From contig CAZNUA010000037.1 in assembly GCA_964576115.1 (NCBI GenBank), positions 1 through 35,893 of the forward strand: a stretch of 35,893 bases of DNA, read 5' to 3'. The first letter of the stretch is position 1. Each line of letters begins with the position of its first letter. Below, one piece after another: positions 1 to 8,389 of this stretch. The notes beneath the pieces were generated by a model. That model was not told where the DNA came from, searched no databases, and saw only the letters and a list, made by a program, of their open reading frames with translations. Source of the stretch: an uncultured Gemmatimonadota bacterium (GTDB lineage: Bacteria; Blakebacterota; Blakebacteria; Blakebacterales; Blakebacteraceae). Position numbers and translations under genes: made by a program.

Positions 1-948
1 AGCGCCTTCCGCCTGCGCGATCCCGACTTCACCGGTCTCGTGGGACTGCATGATGCCGTGTACCTCGAACTGGAGCCGGGCGAGAACGAGCTGGTTCTGG
101 CCGTCTCGGAGAACTTCGGCGGCTGGGGGCTGATCGCGCGGTTGACCGATCCGGGCGAGACTCTGGTCGAACTGCACGAGGGAGTCGAACCGCTCTGGAC
201 CGCGGCGGGTGGGCTGACCGTGCCCGAGAGCGTCCTGTTCGATCCCGACCGGGATGTTCTCTATGTCTCGAATTACGTTCCCGGAGCCGGGTATGTCTCA
301 CGACTCTCCCTCGACGGCACCGTTCTCGAAGACCGCTGGGTCGAGGGGATTCCCAGTGCTACAGGCATGGGCTTGGATCGCAACCGGCTCTTCGTGGCCG
401 GTCTGACCTCCGTCTACGAGATCGATATCGATGCCGGGCAGATCGCGGCCGAACATCCGGTCGAGGGAGCGCGCTTTCTCAATGACGTCGTCATCGATTC
501 CCGCGGCACCCTTTTCGTCACCGACGGTCAGGCCCGCACGATCTTCAGCCTGCGCCGGGGGCACAGCTCTGTCTGGCTCACCGACGACCGGTTGGCGGGG
601 GTCAACGGTCTCTGCCTGGCCGGCGACAGGTTTCTGGCCGGTGCGGGAGGCGGCGGCGTCCTGTTCGAGATCGACCGATCTTCGAAGATGATGAGCGAGG
701 TCGTCTCCCTGGGCCCCGGTGCCATCGTGGACGGAATCGCCGTCTACGATACCGATCGGTACCTGGTATCGAACTGGAACGGAATCACCTTTCTGGTTGA
801 TCGCGAGGGCACGGTGCTCCCGCTCATCAACACCCTGCGGGTGAACATGAAACAGGCTGATTTCTGCTGGCTGGCCGACCGTCGGCTCCTGATCGTACCG
901 GCTTTCGGTTCCAACAGCGTGGCTGCCTGGACGATCTCTGTCCGCTGA
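1..948 (+). CDS. 5'-truncated protein with C-terminal SMP-30/gluconolactonase-like beta-propeller
   Basis: Frame is open from base 1 (SAFRLRDPDFTGLVGLHDAVYL...). Propeller-blade motifs PESVLFD..LYVSN, FLNDVVID..GTLFVTD, GVNGL, DGIAVY..YLVSNW. Confidence 0.75.
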   Translation, partial: SAFRLRDPDFTGLVGLHDAVYLELEPGENELVLAVSENFGGWGLIARLTDPGETLVELHEGVEPLWTAAGGLTVPESVLFDPDRDVLYVSNYVPGAGYVSRLSLDGTVLEDRWVEGIPSATGMGLDRNRLFVAGLTSVYEIDIDAGQIAAEHPVEGARFLNDVVIDSRGTLFVTDGQARTIFSLRRGHSSVWLTDDRLAGVNGLCLAGDRFLAGAGGGGVLFEIDRSSKMMSEVVSLGPGAIVDGIAVYDTDRYLVSNWNGITFLVDREGTVLPLINTLRVNMKQADFCWLADRRLLIVPAFGSNSVAAWTISVR

Positions 949-968
949 GCGTCACTCTCCCGCGAGGT

Positions 969-998
969 TTGTCCCCCTCCGCCGGCCGGGTATATACT
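969..998 (+). promoter_or_regulatory. putative sigma70 promoter (TTGTCC-N18-TATACT)
   Basis: TTGTCC at 969-974 and TATACT at 993-998 in the intergenic gap upstream of the gene at 1133. Confidence 0.45.
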
Positions 999-1008
999 CA
1001 TTCCCGAC

Positions 1009-1027
1009 CGGAAAAGGTCCTTTTCCG
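1009..1027. promoter_or_regulatory. perfect 9-1-9 palindrome, candidate operator
   Basis: CGGAAAAGG-T-CCTTTTCCG just downstream of the putative -10 box. Confidence 0.45.
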
Positions 1028-1132
1028 CATTTCTGTCCCGGAAAACCCGCCGGTGTCCATCCCCAGTGCCCGGCTGGCCACATTATTCGATACTGCGAGC
1101 GGGATGTCCGTGACGAGAGGGGGAGTAGTGTC

Positions 1133-1498
1133 ATGACAAAGAACATGGGTCTCGCCGACCGGTTGATCAGAACTCTGCTGGCGGTCGTGGTCATCGTGCT
1201 TTACCTCACGAACCAGATCACGGGTACTGCGGCCGTGATTCTGGGCATCATCGCGATTATCTTTCTGCTGACCAGTGCGGTTGGCCTCTGTCCGCTCTAC
1301 CTGCCGCTCAAGCTCTCGACGACAGGTACGGTCGAAGCGGCACCGCCGGAAGCGACCGAAGCGGTCCCGGTCGAACCCGAGCCGCCGGCGGCCGCCCCGC
1401 CTTCAGAACCGGCTCCGGAACCGGCTCCAGAGACAGCCGCGGAAACGGCGCCGCCGGACACACCGGAAGAGGGGCCTGAGGAAGGATTTCATCCCTGA
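1133..1498 (+). CDS. DUF2892/YgaP-like small membrane protein with Pro/Ala/Glu-rich tail
   Basis: KNMGLADRLIR...LLTSAVGLCPLYLPLKLST signature; two hydrophobic helices; RBS GGGGGAG. Confidence 0.85.
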   Translation: MTKNMGLADRLIRTLLAVVVIVLYLTNQITGTAAVILGIIAIIFLLTSAVGLCPLYLPLKLSTTGTVEAAPPEATEAVPVEPEPPAAAPPSEPAPEPAPETAAETAPPDTPEEGPEEGFHP

Positions 1499-1543
1499 TG
1501 GTTCCTTCCGGTGCGGCCGCGAGAGTGAAAGCGACCTGACAGC

Positions 1544-2251
1544 GTGAACGATCCCGACCGATCGACGCCCGACCGCATCCTCATCGTGGACGACGTTCCC
1601 GTCAACGTGGCCCTGATGGAAAAGTACGTCAGCGGGAAGGGCTACGAGACCGTGAGCGCCGCTTCGGGGGCCGAGGCCCTGCGTCTGATGGCCGAGCAAC
1701 CCCCCGACCTGGTCCTGCTCGATGTAGTCATGCCCGACATGGACGGATTCGAGGTCTGTGAGGCTCTACGGCGCGATCCCGCCACCGAGCAGATCCCCGT
1801 CATCATGGTCACCGCCCACGAGACCGAATCGGAGGCCAAGGCCCGCGGTCTGCGAAGCGGCGCCAATGATTACCTGACCAAGCCGGTCAATCGTGACGAG
1901 CTGCTGGCCCGGATCGAAACCCAGCTCCGGCTGCGCGACCTCGAGGCCAAGCGGCTCCTGCTCGAGAAACTGAATCTCACCTCGCAGATGGTCACGACCC
2001 TGCACCACGAGATCAACAATCCCCTGACCGGCATCCTCGGGTATGCGCAGCTGCTCATCGGCCGGCTGGAGAAGGGATCTCCCGATCCCGACGAACTCCG
2101 TACCGCTGTAAACCGCATCAGGGATGCCAGCGAGCGCATCCGGGAGGTGATGATAAAACTGAACCGGATCACCGATCCCGACGCCACTCGCTCCTCGGGC
2201 GGCGTGACCATGCTCGAACTGGACGACGAAGAGTCCGGGGCGGGGGAGTGA
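1544..2251 (+). CDS. response regulator, REC + HisKA (no HATPase domain)
   Basis: ILIVDD, LVLLDVVMPDMDG, MVTA, DYLTKP; H-box TLHHEINNPLTGILG; the protein ends before any N/G1/F/G2 boxes. GTG start. Confidence 0.85.
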   Translation: MNDPDRSTPDRILIVDDVPVNVALMEKYVSGKGYETVSAASGAEALRLMAEQPPDLVLLDVVMPDMDGFEVCEALRRDPATEQIPVIMVTAHETESEAKARGLRSGANDYLTKPVNRDELLARIETQLRLRDLEAKRLLLEKLNLTSQMVTTLHHEINNPLTGILGYAQLLIGRLEKGSPDPDELRTAVNRIRDASERIREVMIKLNRITDPDATRSSGGVTMLELDDEESGAGE

Positions 2252-2308
2252 AACGCTCTCTCGCGGCCGTCTTTCCCTCTGTCGGGTAAGCCGTCGGATG
2301 AGATCGGC

Positions 2309-3493
2309 ATGCTCGTAGTCGCGGCCGCTACCGCTCTCTACCTCCTTTGGCTGTGGCTCGAGGCCCGCCGGCACGAGCGGCGGCGGCGGGCCCTGCCGCT
2401 CTGTATCGCCGTGACCGGCACCCGCGGCAAATCGGGGGTCGTCAGGCTCCTGGCGGCGGTTCTGCGCGAAAGCGGCCGGCGGACCATGGCCAAAACCACC
2501 GGTTCGCGTCCGATGCTCCTGTTCCCCGACGGTTCCGAACGGTTCATCCGGCGGCGGGGATCGGCTTCGATCATCGAACAGAAGCGGCTGGTGCGCGAAG
2601 CCGTCCGCCATGAAGCTGACGTCCTGGTGGCCGAGATCATGAGCCTGCACCCCGAATGCCACCGCATCGAAGCCCGGCGCCTGCTGTGTCCCGAACTGGT
2701 CGGACTCACCAACGTGCGCCGCGACCACCTCGAAGCCATGGGCGGGACCGAGGCCGGGATCGCGGCAACGCTCGCCCTCGATCTGCCCCCCGGAGCGGAT
2801 CTGTTCGTGCCCGCCGCCGAAGGGCGCGACGAGTTCCGCCGCGCCGTCCGCGCGGGTGGGGGGCGCTGCGTCGAGGTGCCCGCCGGCGCCTCGGCCTGGC
2901 TCACTGCGCAAACCGCTGAACCGGGCTCGATGTCCGCCCTGCATTTTCCTGAGAACCTCGATCTGGTCTGTGCCCTGGCCGACGAACTCGGTCTGGAGCG
3001 CGAGGCCGTGCGGCGGGGGATCGCACAAGCCAAGCCCGATCTCGGATCGCTCGGCATCTGGCAGCTGACCTCCGCGGACCACGGGCGGCGGATCTGGCTG
3101 GTGAATGCCTTTGCGGCCAACGATCCCGATTCCACTGCCCGGGTTCTGGAAAGGGTGCGCGCCCGTCTGCCGCAACCCCTCGCTCCGGTCACCGGTCTGC
3201 TCAGTCTGCGGGCCGATCGGGGCGAACGAACGCGGCAGTGGATCGCGGCTCTCGGCGATCCGCTGGCCGGTGCCTTCACCGACCTCTGGTTCTGCGGTCT
3301 GCACGCCCGGGCGGTGCGCCGTCGCCTCGGACGGGGCCGGCTGCTCGCCGCAGCCGATCCGGCCGACATGACCCGGACGGTCACCTCTGACATGCCCGAC
3401 GGAGGAATACTGTTCGGCTGCGGAAACATCGGCGGTCCGGGCCTGGATCTGGTGCAGTTCTGGCGAAAGGCGGCTGAACCGTATGGGCTATGA
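2309..3493 (+). CDS. pgsB: poly-gamma-glutamate synthase PgsB/CapB (Mur-ligase family)
   Basis: N-terminal TM; IAVTGTRGKS, AKTTG, TNVRRDH, NAFAANDPDST motifs; followed by pgsC. Confidence 0.92.
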   Translation: MLVVAAATALYLLWLWLEARRHERRRRALPLCIAVTGTRGKSGVVRLLAAVLRESGRRTMAKTTGSRPMLLFPDGSERFIRRRGSASIIEQKRLVREAVRHEADVLVAEIMSLHPECHRIEARRLLCPELVGLTNVRRDHLEAMGGTEAGIAATLALDLPPGADLFVPAAEGRDEFRRAVRAGGGRCVEVPAGASAWLTAQTAEPGSMSALHFPENLDLVCALADELGLEREAVRRGIAQAKPDLGSLGIWQLTSADHGRRIWLVNAFAANDPDSTARVLERVRARLPQPLAPVTGLLSLRADRGERTRQWIAALGDPLAGAFTDLWFCGLHARAVRRRLGRGRLLAAADPADMTRTVTSDMPDGGILFGCGNIGGPGLDLVQFWRKAAEPYGL

Positions 3494-3914
3494 GATCCCT
3501 TTCCTCGGTCTGCTTCTCTCCCTGCTCTTTATCGCCCTGACCGGTATCTACCCCGGCGGGATCATCGTTCCCTCCTGGCTGGTTCTCTTCATCCACGAAC
3601 CGGCCCGGATCGTCGGCACCCTCGTCGTTGCTCTGCTCGCTTTCGGCCTCTACCGCCTGGCATCACGCCGTCTCATCCTCTTCGGCCGCCGGCGGTTCGT
3701 CTTCCTGCTCCTGCTCGGCGGCGTGCTGGCGGCTCTCACCGCCCGGCTCCTGCCCTCCGTCTTTCCCGCTTCACTCGAGTTCCGGGTCATCGGCTGGGTC
3801 ATCCCGGGGCTGATCGCCAATCATTTCGAACGGCAGGGTCCGCTCGTGACCACGGCCGGGCTCGTCACCGTCACGGTCGCCCTGGCCCTGCTCGGACGGG
3901 TGCTGGGCCTGTGA
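3483..3914 (+). CDS. pgsC: poly-gamma-glutamate biosynthesis protein PgsC/CapC
   Basis: 143-aa hydrophobic protein; TGIYPGGIIVP, ILFGRRRF, IGWVIPGLIAN..ERQG; overlaps the pgsB stop. Confidence 0.93.
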   Translation: MGYEIPFLGLLLSLLFIALTGIYPGGIIVPSWLVLFIHEPARIVGTLVVALLAFGLYRLASRRLILFGRRRFVFLLLLGGVLAALTARLLPSVFPASLEFRVIGWVIPGLIANHFERQGPLVTTAGLVTVTVALALLGRVLGL

Positions 3915-4981
3915 GCCGGCGCGACCGTCTCATCGTCGCGGCCGGAGGAGCAAGCCTGACGGCCTGGCTGGTCGTATCCCTCTGCCTCCCCCCGGTCCGG
4001 CTGCCCTGGATTCCCGAGCGGCTCGAGGCGGCGCAGATCATGGACGAAGCCGTCGGAGCGGTACGCAGCCACTGCGAAACGCGGAACATCGCCATCGACG
4101 AGCGGATCGATCCCAACCGGACCGGTCTGATCGGCCCCGAACTCACCCCCCTGATGACCACTCTTGGCGATGTCGCCGCCAAGCGGACGACCACCACGCC
4201 CGATATGGCCGCCCTCGTCCTGTATCTTCTCCGCACCGCCGGCGTCGCTGCAGGCGATACCGTTGCGGTCGGGGCTTCGGCGTCCTTCCCGGCCCTGCTG
4301 GCGGCGGTCCTGGCAGCCTGTTCGGCGGGCGGCATCCACCCGGTCGTCATCATCTCGCTCGGAGCCTCTTCCTTCGGAGCCACCCGGCCCGAGCTGACCC
4401 TGCTCGACCTCTGCCGTATCTGGCGCGAGGCCGGCATCTTTCCGCATCTCCCGGTCGCGGTCACCCTCGGGGGAACCGGCGATGTCGGCCGGGAGTTCCC
4501 CGACGGGGTGCGGGCCGAGCTCGGTGAGCGTATCGGCCGCAGCTCTCTGGCGACCTTCGCCTGCGATGACCTCGAGACCAACGTCCGGCGACGCCTGCGG
4601 ATATATGCCGACGCCGCACCGCGTCTGGCCGCCTTCGTCAATATCGGCGGCAGCTGGGCCAATCTCGGCACGAGTCATCTCGCCCTGCGTCTCGAACCAG
4701 GACTGAATTCGCCCAACGGCCTCACCCTCCCGCCGCCGCAGCAGCGGGGTGTCCTGTTCGCCATGGCGGCCCGCGGTGTGCCGGTCATCCACCTGCTCTT
4801 CATCCGGGGGTTGGCCCGCCGTCACGGACTGGCGTGGGATCCGGTGCCCCTGCCTGCGCCCGGTTCGACGCCGTTGCTGAGCGGGGTGTCGGAGCAGGGG
4901 GTTCTCTTCTGGTTCGTGACGGTGATCTGGCTGGCGATCATGGGCGGTCTGATCCTCGTCGACCGTCCGAGTCGGAATTGA
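3911..4981 (+). CDS. poly-gamma-glutamate system protein (PgsW-like)
   Basis: IDPNRTGLIGPELTPLMTTLG..AKRTTT.PD, LGASSFGA, FVNIGGS.ANLG, GVPVIHLL; N- and C-terminal TM segments; GTGA overlap with pgsC. Confidence 0.85.
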   Translation: MSRRDRLIVAAGGASLTAWLVVSLCLPPVRLPWIPERLEAAQIMDEAVGAVRSHCETRNIAIDERIDPNRTGLIGPELTPLMTTLGDVAAKRTTTTPDMAALVLYLLRTAGVAAGDTVAVGASASFPALLAAVLAACSAGGIHPVVIISLGASSFGATRPELTLLDLCRIWREAGIFPHLPVAVTLGGTGDVGREFPDGVRAELGERIGRSSLATFACDDLETNVRRRLRIYADAAPRLAAFVNIGGSWANLGTSHLALRLEPGLNSPNGLTLPPPQQRGVLFAMAARGVPVIHLLFIRGLARRHGLAWDPVPLPAPGSTPLLSGVSEQGVLFWFVTVIWLAIMGGLILVDRPSRN

Positions 4982-5052
4982 TACCGGGGGCGTCGTGGGA
5001 TATCATATCTTTCTGTGCCCTCTGCCCGTGGTTGCGAATGAAGGAGCCCATC

Positions 5053-5670
5053 ATGAAGCACCTCTGGAAACCGGTGGCAGCGCTGGCCCTCGTCGTGGCG
5101 TTCGCGGCAGCGGTCCCCGGTCGTCTCACCGCCCAGGAGGAAACGCCCACCGCCGAGCTGCCGGTCCTGATCGCCTCGTGCGGTCAGAGCCCGGGACCCT
5201 CCTACTTCAACGTCTTCCTGCGCCGGCTCGGATACGACTACACCTTCAATACCCTGGCGACGGTCCAGGACCTGCGGGCCGGGTACGGCGAAGAGGGTGT
5301 GCCGTACAAAGCTCTCATCATCGTCACCGGTGCCAGCCTGAAGGGCATGGGCGCAGCCGGCATCTCGATCGATGAGGAACTGGCTCGTACCGAAGCCCTG
5401 ATCGACGCGGCCGAAGAGCTGGGGGTCACGGTCATCGGGGCCCATATCGAGGGCATGGAACGGCGGGCGCAGGGAGCCGCTCCCGGCGACAACTCCGACG
5501 AGCTCTCGATCGATGCCGTCTGTACACGGGCCGATTTTCTCATCGTTCTTCAAGAAGGGGATGAGGACGGCCGCTTCAGCGCCATCTCCGAGTCGAACGA
5601 CATCCCGATCATCCTCTACGAGATGCGGACGGGGCTGAACGATGTTCTGCAGAGCGTGTTCGGCGGGTAA
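5053..5670 (+). CDS. secreted protein, DUF6305-like
   Basis: RBS AAGGAG at 5041-5046, ATG at 5053; signal peptide; CGQSPG, GASLKGMGAAG, HIEGMERR motifs. Confidence 0.75.
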   Translation: MKHLWKPVAALALVVAFAAAVPGRLTAQEETPTAELPVLIASCGQSPGPSYFNVFLRRLGYDYTFNTLATVQDLRAGYGEEGVPYKALIIVTGASLKGMGAAGISIDEELARTEALIDAAEELGVTVIGAHIEGMERRAQGAAPGDNSDELSIDAVCTRADFLIVLQEGDEDGRFSAISESNDIPIILYEMRTGLNDVLQSVFGG

Positions 5671-5682
5671 AGGGCGCTTCGC

Positions 5683-6975
5683 ATGAGCATGTTCGCTTCG
5701 GCCGGGATCGTTCTCGGCGTCATGGTGGCGGTTTATGCCGCGGCCAAGATCTTCCGGCTCTCCACCGAACTGGCCATGCTGGCGGCGGCAGTGGTGGGGG
5801 CTCTGGTCGGCGGTTTCGGCTTTCCCGCCCGCCATTACGCCGAGGGAGCCATCACCTACCTCGACATCAACCTGATCTTCATCACCGCCACCCTCTTCAT
5901 GAACATCCTCAAGGAGTCGGGGGGGGTGGCCTTCGCGGTGCGGGGGATCCTGGCCCGCTTCCATAGCAATCGGGCCCTGCTGCTCATCCTCATGACCATC
6001 CTGCTGCTCCTGCCCGGGGCGCTGACCGGGGCGGGGAGCGTGACGGTGCTGATCACCGGCGGGATGGTGGCCATCGTGCTCTCCTACATGGGCATCACCC
6101 GGCGTCGTACGGCCGCCATCATATTCCTGATCGCGGGCATGAGCGCGGCTGCTCCACCGGTGAGCCTGTGGGCCATGATGACCGCTGCCGGGGTCAACAT
6201 GCCGTATGTCGGCTTCTTCATGCCCCTGCTCATACCCTGCGTGGTGGCCTCGCTGCTGACCGCCTTCATTCTGGGCTGGAAGGGGGGCGAAACCGATTAC
6301 GAGCGGGCCCTGGCCGAACTGCCCGAGCCCCCGGCGGGGATGAACTGGTTCAAGGTTCTGCTGCCCTTCGTGATCTTTCTGCTCCTGGTGCTGGTGGGAC
6401 GCTGGTTCCCGCACTCCACGCCGATTCTCGGTCTGCCGCTGATGTTCGTCTGCGCCGCCGTCATCTCGTTCCTGCTCTCCCCGGTCAGGCTCGACGTGGT
6501 GAAGATCAGCGAGCGCACCGTCGAGCAGCTCCTGCCCCTGATCGGCACACTGACCTGCGTGGGGATCCTGGTCCAGGTCATGACCCTGACCGGGGTGCGG
6601 GGCCTGCTGGCGGTTACGGCCGTGACCCTGCCGGTGGCGCTCGTCTTCGCCAGCCTCTTCTGGCTGATGCCGGTCTCCGAAGCGGTGCTCATGTACGGCG
6701 CCGCCCCGGTGATCGGGGTGCCGCTGATCCTGCTTTTCAACACCATGGGGCTGAACCCGATCGTGGCCCTGGCGGGACTGAGCGTGATCTGGCCGCTCGG
6801 CGACGCTCTGCCGCCCACCGCCATCATCGGCCGGCTGACGGTCGAGGTGGTGGAGTATCGCGAATCGTACACGAGCTTTCTGAAGGCCTGCACGGTGCCG
6901 GCGGTGATCATCATGATTCTCGGTACCCTGATGGTCGTCTTCAGTAAGCACCTGGCCTTCCTGACGGGATTGTAG
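5683..6975 (+). CDS. DctM-like/ion-transporter-superfamily permease
   Basis: 430 aa with about 11-12 hydrophobic segments; LPGALTGAGS, AAAPPVSLWAM, GDALPPTAIIG hairpin-like motifs. Confidence 0.8.
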   Translation: MSMFASAGIVLGVMVAVYAAAKIFRLSTELAMLAAAVVGALVGGFGFPARHYAEGAITYLDINLIFITATLFMNILKESGGVAFAVRGILARFHSNRALLLILMTILLLLPGALTGAGSVTVLITGGMVAIVLSYMGITRRRTAAIIFLIAGMSAAAPPVSLWAMMTAAGVNMPYVGFFMPLLIPCVVASLLTAFILGWKGGETDYERALAELPEPPAGMNWFKVLLPFVIFLLLVLVGRWFPHSTPILGLPLMFVCAAVISFLLSPVRLDVVKISERTVEQLLPLIGTLTCVGILVQVMTLTGVRGLLAVTAVTLPVALVFASLFWLMPVSEAVLMYGAAPVIGVPLILLFNTMGLNPIVALAGLSVIWPLGDALPPTAIIGRLTVEVVEYRESYTSFLKACTVPAVIIMILGTLMVVFSKHLAFLTGL

Positions 6976-6984
6976 GAGGCTGTC

Positions 6985-7149
6985 ATGGTCTTTCTGGGTA
7001 CAGTCATCACCATCATCTACTACCTGCTCGTGGCTTATCTGGTCGTCATCATGATCCGCAACCTGATCCGCACGAAGAGCTGGGAGAAGGAGATCCTCTA
7101 CGTCGTGGTACTGATCCCCTTCCTGCTGCGGCTCCTGCGGTTGAAGTAG
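6985..7149 (+). CDS. 54-aa two-helix membrane protein (absent from the ORF track)
   Basis: RBS AGGAGG overlapping the upstream TAG; MVFLGTVITIIYYLLVAYLVVIMIRNLIRTKSWEKEILYVVVLIPFLLRLLRLK*; fills the gap between operon genes. Confidence 0.8.
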   Translation: MVFLGTVITIIYYLLVAYLVVIMIRNLIRTKSWEKEILYVVVLIPFLLRLLRLK

Positions 7150-7157
7150 GGGGGGCG

Positions 7158-8366
7158 ATGGAGGCGGAAACGGGAACGGAAACGAGGCAGGCTCAAGGTA
7201 CAGGCGGTACCGGAACCGTGCGTAAATACATCTTCTGTGCCTTCGGTCTGGTGGTTCTGGTCGCTTCGGGGATCAGTTTCTACCAGAGCCGCCACCGCGC
7301 TGAACCGGTCGTGATCGGTGAGGGCGTGACGCAGGTCCGCAAACTGAGCGAGTACTTCTCTCCCCTGGCGGGAAGCGTCAACGACTGCAACCTGTACTTC
7401 CTTGAGGGCGAACGACCGGGAGCGACGATCTTCGTTCTGGGCGGTTCGCACCCCGAGGAGCCTGCCGGGCGGCTGGCGCCCTGGCTCTTTGCCGAGAACG
7501 GGGTCATGGAGGCGGGGCGGCTCATCGTCGCCATGAGCGGGAACCGCAGCGCCACCACCGTCACCCGCATCAGCGGCGGCTACCCGCCCGATTTCACCAT
7601 CCCGACCGATTGGGGCGGACAGACCTTCCGCATGGGTGACCGCTGGTCGAACCCGCTCGACCAGTGGCCCGATCCCGAGGTCTACATCCACCACCCCAGC
7701 CGCCAGAATCTGGCCTATGTGGACATCCGTAATCTCAACCGCTGCTGGCCGGGACGGCCCGACGGCACCCTGACAGAACGCACCTGCTACGCTTTCATGG
7801 AGCTGATCCGCACCGAGGAGGTCGACATCTTCATCGACCTGCACGAGGCCGAACTGCAGTACCCGGTGATCAGCACCATCGTGGCCCACGAGGACGGGGT
7901 CGATCTGGCCACCTTCGTTTCGATGATGCTGACCGACATGGAAGGCTTCAAGATGGGGCTGGAGTATTCGCCGAAAAGCCTGCACGGGCTCAGTCACCGC
8001 GAGGTGGGGGATTACTCAGATGCCATCAGCCTGCTCTTCGAAGCCCCCGAACCTTTCCTCGACGCCACCCGGGGGCGCACCACCCGCGAACAGCTTCTGA
8101 CCGGCAAGGACGAGTTCGTCGTCAAGGCCGGCGAGCACGGTCTGCTCTTCGAAAAGATCGACGAAAACGGCTGGCCGATCGACGTGCGGGTCGGCCGGCA
8201 CACCTCGGCCATACTGCAGACCATGGAGATCTGGTCGATGGATCACCCCGACCGCCCGCTCATCTGCAGCGGCGTACCCCGCTACGCCGAGGTGATCGCC
8301 AACGGCGTCGGGCATTACCTGCACGATCCGGCCCGGGCCGCGCCCGGCCGTGTCTATTACGAGTAA
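7158..8366 (+). CDS. succinylglutamate desuccinylase/aspartoacylase (M14-like) zinc hydrolase, membrane-anchored or exported
   Basis: GGSHPEE (HxxE), NLNR, IDLHE motifs; N-terminal hydrophobic segment. Alternative start GTG at 7218. Confidence 0.8.
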   Translation: MEAETGTETRQAQGTGGTGTVRKYIFCAFGLVVLVASGISFYQSRHRAEPVVIGEGVTQVRKLSEYFSPLAGSVNDCNLYFLEGERPGATIFVLGGSHPEEPAGRLAPWLFAENGVMEAGRLIVAMSGNRSATTVTRISGGYPPDFTIPTDWGGQTFRMGDRWSNPLDQWPDPEVYIHHPSRQNLAYVDIRNLNRCWPGRPDGTLTERTCYAFMELIRTEEVDIFIDLHEAELQYPVISTIVAHEDGVDLATFVSMMLTDMEGFKMGLEYSPKSLHGLSHREVGDYSDAISLLFEAPEPFLDATRGRTTREQLLTGKDEFVVKAGEHGLLFEKIDENGWPIDVRVGRHTSAILQTMEIWSMDHPDRPLICSGVPRYAEVIANGVGHYLHDPARAAPGRVYYE

Positions 8367-8389
8367 CCGTGACCTGAACAAGGAGTGCT

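Noticed and set aside
4822-6951. 709-aa minus-strand ORF (also 1766-3304, 8357-9790, 10260-11534, 19151-20911)
   Set aside because: Antisense to well-supported genes; composition typical of reverse-frame shadows.
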